Shown in pieces: positions 43,727-51,407 of a stretch of DNA of 64,000 nt (position 1 is its first letter; every line of letters begins with the position of its first letter). This DNA is from Phycisphaerales bacterium (lineage in GTDB: Bacteria; Planctomycetota; Phycisphaerae; Phycisphaerales; SM1A02), in assembly GCA_035443885.1 (NCBI GenBank), contig DAOMNO010000012.1:815-64814 (forward strand), in the 5' to 3' direction. Both the position numbers and the translations under genes were made by a program. The notes beneath the pieces were generated by a model. It was given only the letters and a program-made list of their open reading frames with translations. It had not been told where the DNA came from and did no database searches.

Positions 43727-45466
43727 TCAGTTGGCGAACGGGTCCGTCCCAATGCACTGCGGACAGTTCACGCACTGCATCACGCGGTTCTTGAAGTAGC
43801 AACTCCAGCGAGCTTTCTGTCGATCGCTGCCATTCATCATGACTTCAAGGAACTCGTTGAACTGCTGCTGGGTGATTCCGGCTTCGGTCAGCAAATCGCT
43901 CAGCGACAACACGGCTGTGTCGAAACCCGGACACGGGCCCCAGTTCGCCAGTAGAATCAGCAAATCCTGCACGTCCACAGCGCCAGTGTCATTGAGGTCT
44001 GCACAGCCGCCAGATGGCCCCCACGCCGCGAGCAGAATCAGCAGGTCAAGCACATCCACGACGAAATCGCCGTTGAGGTCGCCTGCGCAGTAGGATGCCG
44101 GAATCAGCAGAAACGCGCGACGAATGCTCAACCATTCGATTTCTTTCTCGTTCTCGTCAATCGCCTCAATGTGGCGAAGCCCTTCTCCCACAATCCAGCC
44201 GTTGTTGTTGATGTCGTAGGCGTGAGTCAGTCGAATCCACTCCTCGCCGTGATCGCACGCGATGAGGTCGTTCAGATCGAACGCTTCCCACTGGGAATCG
44301 GCATAGCGCCAGAGAACTGCAGCATTGGTCTCATCGCTACGTCCGACAACGTATAGTTCATCATCATCGAACGGGTCGGCAATGGCATAAGCCCGCATGT
44401 CGTCGTTGGATGCGTTTGGCAGTGTCGGCAGTTCGATCGGAGTTGCCGTCAGTGAATCCCAGAATGTGCCGCGTTCGCGACACTGCTGACCTACGGTTTT
44501 ATACGAACTTCCGACAATGTTCTCACTGATGTTGGCATCGTACGCAACGGTCTTGGATGCCGATCCGGGGTTCAGCGATTCCAGATTGGCAGCCACGCTG
44601 GTCCCCCATGCTGAACCGGTTTGTGTATCCAGCACGTTGCAGTTGTGACATGTGCCGCAGAACGACTCGTCGCTGCTCACGCCGATCGTCAATCCGGTAT
44701 CACCGATGCCGAGCGCTTCACTTCGACAATCTTCCGGGAACATGGCGTTGCACTGTGTCGGCGCCAGCGTGTCAAATGGAAAAGACGACAGATCAATCGT
44801 CATCTTGAAGCCACGGTAGGCAGACCAGACGGGAGTGGTGTTCTCGAACAGATACCCGCCGACCAGCGTGGGATATGGAGTGTCGTTGTTGATCGCTTGT
44901 CCGTCACTCGGTTCGCCGCCGAGCTGATTCCCAAGACCCAAGCTGATATCACCCTGCGAAGAGAGCCTCCAAAGCCATGCTTCAGTCGGGCTTGTCGTTA
45001 CATTGCCGACAAGATAACCGCTGTCGTTGATGCCTCGCGCATCCATGTGAATAGGCCCGGAGGGTTCGGCAGGAGACGGCAACTGTGAGATCCCTGCGCT
45101 TCTGCCATAGGCAGGATGGAGGAGCCAGACAAACCCGCGTTCGCGCGTGCCGACGCCTGAAGTATAAATCCTACACCAGCCTGCAACTTCTCCATGATCA
45201 TTGATGCCGTAGGCCGCTGCTTCAGGCGGAGTGACGTCACGGAAATCAGGTGATGGATTCCCAAGATCAATGATTCGATACCTCGGCGTCATAGGCGGAT
45301 CAGCGCTGGCTGGCGTTGCGGCGGTCATCACCCATGCCACCATCGGCGCGAGCGACCAGACGCAGCAGAGCGTGCCGGAGCCGATGCGCCACAGCCTTGA
45401 TATGCGCCAAACGCTGCAATCATGTGTGTGTGTGTGTGTGTGTTTCTGTCTCACGATCGTTGGCAT
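43727..45466 (-). CDS. secreted HAF-type repeat protein with a double dockerin-like repeat and Cys-rich C-terminal module
   Basis: Start ATG 45466 has AAGGAG 7 nt upstream. The signal peptide is ...LWRIGSGTLCCVWSLAPMVAWVMTAATPASA. Repeats of the form GINDHGEVAG, ARGINDSGYLVG and DINNNGWIVGEG are HAF-family-like. The tail runs CAGDLNGDFVVDVLDLLILLAAWG...CADLNDTGAVDVQDLLILLANWGPCPG, then ...WSCYFKNRVMQCVNCPQCIGTDPFAN. Confidence 0.8.
   Translation of the reverse strand: MPTIVRQKHTHTHTHDCSVWRISRLWRIGSGTLCCVWSLAPMVAWVMTAATPASADPPMTPRYRIIDLGNPSPDFRDVTPPEAAAYGINDHGEVAGWCRIYTSGVGTRERGFVWLLHPAYGRSAGISQLPSPAEPSGPIHMDARGINDSGYLVGNVTTSPTEAWLWRLSSQGDISLGLGNQLGGEPSDGQAINNDTPYPTLVGGYLFENTTPVWSAYRGFKMTIDLSSFPFDTLAPTQCNAMFPEDCRSEALGIGDTGLTIGVSSDESFCGTCHNCNVLDTQTGSAWGTSVAANLESLNPGSASKTVAYDANISENIVGSSYKTVGQQCRERGTFWDSLTATPIELPTLPNASNDDMRAYAIADPFDDDELYVVGRSDETNAAVLWRYADSQWEAFDLNDLIACDHGEEWIRLTHAYDINNNGWIVGEGLRHIEAIDENEKEIEWLSIRRAFLLIPASYCAGDLNGDFVVDVLDLLILLAAWGPSGGCADLNDTGAVDVQDLLILLANWGPCPGFDTAVLSLSDLLTEAGITQQQFNEFLEVMMNGSDRQKARWSCYFKNRVMQCVNCPQCIGTDPFAN
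45423..45442. repeat. (TG)10/(CA)10 dinucleotide microsatellite inside the 5' coding region of the HAF-repeat gene
   Basis: Read directly: ca-tgtgtgtgtgtgtgtgtgtg-tttc. On the sense strand it is AAA (CA)10 T GAT, encoding K-HTHTHTH-D at codons 8-16. Confidence 0.95.
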
Positions 45467-45903
45467 AGCAGAACTCCTTTGGAGTTGCCCGGCCATCCGT
45501 GATCGAAACCGGGAAGTCATCGCAACAAGCGCGTTCAACCAATCAGCGCAGCAGCATGATGCCGAACGACAGCGCGGGCGTTGAACGCCCCGGCTGAAGT
45601 GCTGAAACTGACTGACAAACGTGCTCATCATTCAAACCCCCCGGCCCCCCCGATACCGCCACAGGCAGCCGGAAGTGGAGGATTGGCGACGATCCCGGAA
45701 CCTCCGCCCCGTGCGGAAGCCCGGCGTCGCTGTTTCAGCGTACAGCAAGAATGGCCGTTTGCAAGCAGAATCTCTCGGTTTTGGCGAGGTCTGCGCAGTG
45801 TGACAGAGGCGCGAGGGCCATAGTTGTCTGGCGTGGAGCAAGGGCATTCCACAGGTCAGTACACGGCAAATCGCCGATCCTTGCGCGCGGACATGCTGCA
45901 AAA

Positions 45904-45929
45904 TGAAAAAACCCGGCTCGTACCGGGTT
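45904..45929 (-). terminator. rho-independent terminator ending the ribosomal/rpoA/rplQ operon
   Basis: aacccgg-ctcgta-ccgggtt gives a 7-bp stem. On the minus strand it is followed by TTTTTTC. It lies 50 nt after the rplQ stop. Confidence 0.6.
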
Positions 45930-45977
45930 TGTCAATCGCACTTTGGCACTGGGCAGCGTACGCCGCAATTGAGTGGC

Positions 45978-46649
45978 TCAGGCCTTCTCTTCGCCGCCCT
46001 CTTCAGCGGGGGCTTCAGCGACAGGCTCCGCCTCGGCGACAGCCGTGGCTGCGGCGGGCTTGGCATCATCCGGCCCGAAGCCCTTGCGAAGCCGAGCCGC
46101 GTATGCCGTGCGGCTGTCGGCTCGCTTGCGGCGGGTGGATGCGTTGCCGCCGATCTCCGGCCCTTCCTCCGTACCTATAAGTTGCAGCAGCACGAGGTCG
46201 GTGCCGTCACCCAGACGATGGCGGCCCGTGCGGACGATGCGGGTGTAACCGCCGTCGCGATCAGCGAACTTCGGCGCGACCTTCGTCATGATGTGCTGCA
46301 CGAGGCGCGGGGCCTTGCGCACTTCGCCGTAGCGATTGAACTCGATCTCGCTGGCATCGGGCAGGTCAAAGTGAGCATTGTCCTTCTTCGCATCCGGCAC
46401 GTTGGGATCAGCCACCCATGCGTAGATCTTGCGGTCGTTGATCTTCGATTCGATCTGACGGCGCGCGGTGAAGGTGCCCTTCTTCGCCAGCGTGATGATC
46501 TTCTCCACAAACGGCTGCACGGCCTTCGCCTTGGGCAGTGTGGTTTCGATCTGACCGTGCTCAAAGAGACCGGCGGCGAGGTTGCGCAGCATGGCGCGGC
46601 GATGCTCGCTTTTGCGGTTCAGTTGCTTTCCGTAGATTCGATGACGCAT
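45978..46649 (-). CDS. rplQ: 50S ribosomal protein L17 with a ~95-aa C-terminal extension
   Basis: MRHRIYGKQLNRKSEHRRAMLRNLAAGLFEHGQIETTLPKAKAVQPFVEKIITLAKKG. The start is moved to ATG 46649, which has AGGAG upstream. Confidence 0.9.
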   Translation of the reverse strand: MRHRIYGKQLNRKSEHRRAMLRNLAAGLFEHGQIETTLPKAKAVQPFVEKIITLAKKGTFTARRQIESKINDRKIYAWVADPNVPDAKKDNAHFDLPDASEIEFNRYGEVRKAPRLVQHIMTKVAPKFADRDGGYTRIVRTGRHRLGDGTDLVLLQLIGTEEGPEIGGNASTRRKRADSRTAYAARLRKGFGPDDAKPAAATAVAEAEPVAEAPAEEGGEEKA

Positions 46650-46708
46650 GTGGAAACTCCTGAGAAAAACCCGACGAACGCCTTCACGTTCGACGGGCAT
46701 GGTTCATA

Positions 46709-47725
46709 TCAAACATTCGCGGGTGGCTGATAGCCTTCCGGCAGTTGCATACCAAGTGAGAGACCAAGCTCGGAAAGCTTGCGCTTCACTTCGCGCAACG
46801 ATGTCTTGCCGAAGCTGCGCACCGCGAGCAGGTCCGGCTCATTGCGGGTGACGAGTTCCGCCACGGTCTTGACCTTGGCGGATTCCAGGCAGTTGCTCGC
46901 GCGGACCGTAAGATCCAGCTCCGCGACCGACATGTTGAGCTTGCGGATGAGGTCTTCATCCACACTGGCGGCGGCGGACGCTTCATGGGAAACAGTCTGG
47001 CTGCCGATCTCGAAATACTGCACGAAGGGATTGAGATGCTTGCGAAGAATCTTTGCAGATTCGACCAGTGCAAGGTCGGGCGACACCGTTCCATCCGTCC
47101 AGATGTCGATGATGAGTTTGTCGTAGTTCGTCTTCTGACCGACGCGAGTATTTTCCACACGGTAGCGCACGCGCTGCACGGGGCTGAAGACGGCATCGAT
47201 CGGAATCTCGCCGATCACCTGATCTTCACGCTTGGAATACTGCTCCGAAGCAGGCTGGTAGCCGCGACCGTTGGACACGGTGAGTTCGGCTTCAAAGTCG
47301 ATCTCATCCGTCAGGGTGGCGATGACGTGCGTGGGATTGTGAATCGTGATCGAGGTATCGCCTTCGATCAGGTCCGCCGTCACTTCGCCGGGGCCGGTGG
47401 CTGCGATGCGCATCGTCTTCGGCTCATCGCTATCAAGGCTGATGATTAAGCCCTTGATGTTGAGAACGATATCGGTGACATCTTCCAGCACGCCGGGCAT
47501 GGTGGTGAACTCGTGCTCGACGCCCTGAATGCGAACCTTTGTAACGGCTGCGCCTTCAATAGACGAAAGGAGAATGCGACGAAGGCTGTTGCCGATCGTC
47601 GTGCCGAAGCCGCGTTCAAACGGCTCAATGATGAAGCGGCCGAAGGTCTGCGACCTCGACTTGTCATCAACAACAACCTGTGCAGGCAGCTCTAAGCCGC
47701 GCCAACGAACATGCATGACTGACAC
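46709..47725 (-). CDS. rpoA: DNA-directed RNA polymerase subunit alpha
   Basis: FIIEPFERGFGTTIGNSLRRILLSSIEGAAVT, plus the C-terminal domain ELDLTVRASNCLESAKVKTVAELV. Confidence 0.95.
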   Translation of the reverse strand: MSVMHVRWRGLELPAQVVVDDKSRSQTFGRFIIEPFERGFGTTIGNSLRRILLSSIEGAAVTKVRIQGVEHEFTTMPGVLEDVTDIVLNIKGLIISLDSDEPKTMRIAATGPGEVTADLIEGDTSITIHNPTHVIATLTDEIDFEAELTVSNGRGYQPASEQYSKREDQVIGEIPIDAVFSPVQRVRYRVENTRVGQKTNYDKLIIDIWTDGTVSPDLALVESAKILRKHLNPFVQYFEIGSQTVSHEASAAASVDEDLIRKLNMSVAELDLTVRASNCLESAKVKTVAELVTRNEPDLLAVRSFGKTSLREVKRKLSELGLSLGMQLPEGYQPPANV

Positions 47726-47867
47726 TCCAACTTCAGCAGACCTGACACTTCAGGAACCCGCCGGTTCTCGGTGGTCGATCGAATCCTGCTGAGCGATTCG
47801 ACGCCCCTTCTGTCCGGTCGGGGAAACGATCTTCTTGCCCCGTCACAATCAATCCGTACACAAAGCT

Positions 47868-48242
47868 TTACACGCGGCGCTGCTTGGGGGGACGGCAGCC
47901 GTTGTGCGGAATCGGCGTGTGGTCTTCCACCGCGGTGATGTTCAGCCCGTTGTTCTGCAAGGCGCTGATGGCGGACTCGCGACCGGAGCCGGGGCCGTTC
48001 ACATGAACCTCGATCTCACGCATGCCCATGCGCTTCGCCTTGGCGGCGCACTTCTCTGCGGCGCGCGTGGCGGCGAATGGCGTGGACTTTCGCGCGCCCT
48101 TGAAGCCGACGGTGCCCGCTGAATCCCAGCACAGCGTCTCGCCGTTGACATCGGTGATCGTAACGATCGTATTGTTGAACGTCGCCTTGATGTGGGCGAT
48201 GCCCTTGACCACGTTCTTTCGAATCTTCTTCTTCTTAGCCAT
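47868..48242 (-). CDS. rpsK: 30S ribosomal protein S11
   Basis: [45 protein letters not shown]. Confidence 0.95.
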   Translation of the reverse strand: MAKKKKIRKNVVKGIAHIKATFNNTIVTITDVNGETLCWDSAGTVGFKGARKSTPFAATRAAEKCAAKAKRMGMREIEVHVNGPGSGRESAISALQNNGLNITAVEDHTPIPHNGCRPPKQRRV

Positions 48243-48285
48243 GTGAGAGTGTTCTGCGTTCTAAGGTTTTGTGGAATGCGCGGTA

Positions 48286-48663
48286 TTAGCCCTTCACGCC
48301 CTTCTTGCCGGCAACCGTCTTCTTCTTGCCCTTGCGGGTGCGGGCGTTGCAACGCGTGCGCTGGCCGCGAACCGGCAGACCGCGACGATGACGGTCGCCC
48401 CGATAGGAACGAATGTCCTTCAGTCGCTGGATGTGCTGCTGCGTCTGGCGACGGAGCGCACCCTCGACAATGTAGTTCGCGTCGATGAGCGTCGCGATCG
48501 AGCTGACCTCCTGGTCGTTCAGATCCTTGGCGCGACGATCGGGGTCGATACCGGTCTCCTTCAGAATCTGATCCGCGAACAGCGGTCCGATGCCGTAGAT
48601 GTACTGGAGCGCGTAGCGGATCTTCTTATTTTCGGGGAGGTCAATACCTGCAATACGTGGCAT
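48286..48663 (-). CDS. rpsM: 30S ribosomal protein S13
   Basis: [26 protein letters not shown]...[19 protein letters not shown]. Confidence 0.95.
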   Translation of the reverse strand: MPRIAGIDLPENKKIRYALQYIYGIGPLFADQILKETGIDPDRRAKDLNDQEVSSIATLIDANYIVEGALRRQTQQHIQRLKDIRSYRGDRHRRGLPVRGQRTRCNARTRKGKKKTVAGKKGVKG

Positions 48664-48699
48664 GTTCCAACTCCAAATGTGGCCGTGGAATACGACCGC

Positions 48700-48816
48700 T
48701 CAACCCTGCCGCTGCTTGAGGCGGGGATTCTTCTTGTTAATGACGAAGCGTTTGCCCTTTCGAATCACGATCTGGCAATCCTTCGTTTGTCTTTTGATGC
48801 TGCTTCTGATCTTCAT
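48700..48816 (-). CDS. rpmJ: 50S ribosomal protein L36 (Cys-poor, non-zinc-ribbon type)
   Basis: Hand translation of the minus strand gives [38 protein letters not shown] (38 aa). It is too short for the ORF track. It sits in the canonical infA-rpmJ-rpsM position. Confidence 0.9.
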   Translation of the reverse strand: MKIRSSIKRQTKDCQIVIRKGKRFVINKKNPRLKQRQG

Positions 48817-48846
48817 GATGAACCTCAGTTCTTTGTGCTGAGTGCT

Positions 48847-49062
48847 TTAGTGCCTGTACGTGATTCGCCCTTTGCTCATGTCGTAGGGGCTGAGTTCGAC
48901 CTTGACCTTGTCGCCCGGAAGAATCCTGATGTAGAACTTTCTCATCTTGCCGCTGACGTAGGCGAGAATCTGCTGGTTGTTTTCCAGTCGGACCTTGAAA
49001 CGCGCATCGGGAAGAGCTTCGACGACTTCCGCTTCAAGGGTGATCTTTTCCTCTTTCGCCAT
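48847..49062 (-). CDS. infA: translation initiation factor IF-1
   Basis: [71 protein letters not shown]. The start is moved to ATG 49062. Confidence 0.9.
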   Translation of the reverse strand: MAKEEKITLEAEVVEALPDARFKVRLENNQQILAYVSGKMRKFYIRILPGDKVKVELSPYDMSKGRITYRH

Positions 49063-49336
49063 ACGTTTGCCTGTTATCCTTACGCCGAGCACGAACGAAC
49101 TGCTTCTCTGGTGTGCGCTACGCAGCCGGAAGCGCTGAGCCGGACCATCCTGCTCAGGCCGAGCCGCTGTGATGTTCTTCCGAGACGGGCCGGCATCCCA
49201 CAGGGGAAAATCCGCTGCGAATCGCTCCCTTGAGGCAGGGTGCGCTCACCGGTCCTGTCGAAACTGGACTTGGACCCCAAGTATAGCCCCTCAGCGGAAG
49301 CTGACAACCGGTTCATCGTGTGGCACACCTGCGCGG

Positions 49337-50758
49337 TCATCGCCTTGAACTCCGAATACGCGGTGCGGCACGGCCCTGCTCGCCGGTTGAGAGGAAGCCG
49401 GAGTAGTTCCGCATGAGCAGGTTGGCCTCGATCCGCTGAATGAGGTCCAGACCGACGCTCACGACGATCAGCAGACCAGTGCCGCCGAGGAAGCTGGCCA
49501 CGAGGAACGGGATATCCATCTGCCGGGCGACGATGGCGGGGATGACCGCAATGACCGCCAGGAAGCCAGCACCGACGTAGGTAACTCGCTCCACCACGGT
49601 TTCAAGGTACTCCGCCGTTCGCGGACCAGGTCGCAGGCCGGGGATGAAGCTGCCGCTGTCACGAAGCTGTCGCGCCATATCTTCCGGGCTGAAGACGACG
49701 GTCGTCCAGAAGTAGCTGAAGAAGTAGATGAGTACGATCTCGAAGAGAATATAGATGTACTCACCCATCTGGAAGTTCTGATTGAGGAACGTCGTTGTCG
49801 TGATCCACCACTCCGCCGAACCTCCCGCGGTCGCCTGCGTGTTGAGGTAGCCGAAGAACGCAGAGGGGAAGATCATCAGCGAGCTGGCGAAGATGATGGG
49901 CATCACGCCCGCATGATTGATGCGGAGCGGCAGGTAGTGCTTCCCACCGCCGTACACCTTGCGGCCTCGCGTGTGCTTGGCCTGCTGAATCGGAATACGC
50001 CGCGTGGCCACGGTGATCAGAATCGCACCTGCTACGACGAGAATAAACGCACCGAGCAGGAAGATAACGCCCATCGGACCGATCGTGCCCGCATCATCAG
50101 ACTGAATGCTGGGCCGGAAGTTGGTCGCCACCCAGTGCACGGCATTGGGCATCTGCGCGATGATGCCCGCGGTCAGAATCAACGAAACGCCATTGCCGAT
50201 GCCATACTTGTCAATCTGCTCGCCGAGCCACATGAGGAAGAGGCTGCCTGCGGTGAGCGACGTAACGCCCGCGATGAAGAACACCGCGATCGAACCTGCG
50301 CCGAGGAATTCCGGCTTGACGAGTTGCTGGCTGACCAGGAACTGCATCCACATGAACGCCTGGATCACGCACATGCCGACCGTGGCGTACCGCGTCCACT
50401 CGGTGATCTTCGCCTGACCGGACGCGCCTTCCTTTTTCAGCTCCTGCAAGCGAGGAATCGCCGTCTGAAGGAGCTGGAAAATAATCGACGCCGTGATGTA
50501 CGGCATGATGCCGAGGCCGAAGATGGTGGAATGGCTGAATGAGCCGCCGGAGAAAATCTGGGCGTACTCAAGGAAGCGGCCGAAGCCGCCTTCGGATGAT
50601 TCCGCGGCTTTGCGAGCGGATTCCGCCATCTGCGTCTGATCGACACCCGGAATGGGAACCCAGAAGCCGATGCGATAGACCGTGATCACGCCGAGCGTGA
50701 ACATGATGCGGTTTCGCAGTTCGGGGATTCTGAAGATGTTGATGAGTGCTTGAAGCAT
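49337..50758 (-). CDS. secY: preprotein translocase subunit SecY
   Basis: 473 aa with 10 TM helices. IPELRNRIMFTLGVITVYRIG..IPIPGVD and FSGGSFSHSTIFGLGIMPYITASII are typical SecY motifs. Confidence 0.95.
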   Translation of the reverse strand: MLQALINIFRIPELRNRIMFTLGVITVYRIGFWVPIPGVDQTQMAESARKAAESSEGGFGRFLEYAQIFSGGSFSHSTIFGLGIMPYITASIIFQLLQTAIPRLQELKKEGASGQAKITEWTRYATVGMCVIQAFMWMQFLVSQQLVKPEFLGAGSIAVFFIAGVTSLTAGSLFLMWLGEQIDKYGIGNGVSLILTAGIIAQMPNAVHWVATNFRPSIQSDDAGTIGPMGVIFLLGAFILVVAGAILITVATRRIPIQQAKHTRGRKVYGGGKHYLPLRINHAGVMPIIFASSLMIFPSAFFGYLNTQATAGGSAEWWITTTTFLNQNFQMGEYIYILFEIVLIYFFSYFWTTVVFSPEDMARQLRDSGSFIPGLRPGPRTAEYLETVVERVTYVGAGFLAVIAVIPAIVARQMDIPFLVASFLGGTGLLIVVSVGLDLIQRIEANLLMRNYSGFLSTGEQGRAAPRIRSSRR

Positions 50759-50816
50759 GTCTCTCGTCGTTCAGGTGTCGGCGTGCGGCGCGGGCGGTGA
50801 TGTCGCGCCGATTCCG

Positions 50817-51344
50817 TTACTCGCCGGCTTTGGTCTCCGCCTTCTTGGCGCTGCCCTTCTTGCGGGCCTTGGCGTCTGTGCGCGTCCACTTGGTGCGGAC
50901 GATTTCCGTCGCGGTGCCACCCGCAGCTTCAATCTTCGCCTTGGCCGACGCAGAAAACTTACCTGCGGTGACCTTGAACTTCTTGGTCAGCGTGCCTTCG
51001 CCGAGCACCTTCAGCGGCAGCGATGCATCGCGCACGATGCCCGCGGCGGCGAGTGTCTCGACCGTGACTTCAGCACCATCTGCAAGGCGGGCTTCCAGCG
51101 TCTTCAGGTTGACGACGTGGAAAAGCCGCTCGAAGTCGAAGTTGCTGAAGCCACGCTTCGGAATGCGGCGCACAAACGGCATCTGGCCGCCTTCAAAGTA
51201 GGCGCGGCGACTGTTGCCAGAACGCGAACCAGCGCCCTTGTGGCCGCGCCCCGCCGTCTTGCCGGTACCGCTGCTCTCGCCGCGACCAATGCGCTTCCGA
51301 GCGGGGTATTTGCCGACCTTTTCTGTAATCTCATGAATCATCAT
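50817..51344 (-). CDS. rplO: 50S ribosomal protein L15 (Lys-rich C-terminal tail)
   Basis: ARKRIGRGESSGTGKTAGRGHKGAGSRSG. Confidence 0.9.
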   Translation of the reverse strand: MMIHEITEKVGKYPARKRIGRGESSGTGKTAGRGHKGAGSRSGNSRRAYFEGGQMPFVRRIPKRGFSNFDFERLFHVVNLKTLEARLADGAEVTVETLAAAGIVRDASLPLKVLGEGTLTKKFKVTAGKFSASAKAKIEAAGGTATEIVRTKWTRTDAKARKKGSAKKAETKAGE

Positions 51345-51407
51345 GGTGATGAATACTCCAGCTTGATTGGTCCCGGATGATCAGTAAATCGTTGGGTTCG
51401 TTGCGGT

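Noticed and set aside
45632-45903. Possible small RNA gene (for example SRP/4.5S-like, because of ...cagccggaagtggagg...) in the 437-nt gap upstream of the HAF-repeat gene.
   Set aside because: The GGAA-loop context does not continue into the conserved AGCAGC/GGUCC helix-8 pattern, and I could not build a convincing long-range fold by hand. The region is left as unexplained intergenic sequence.
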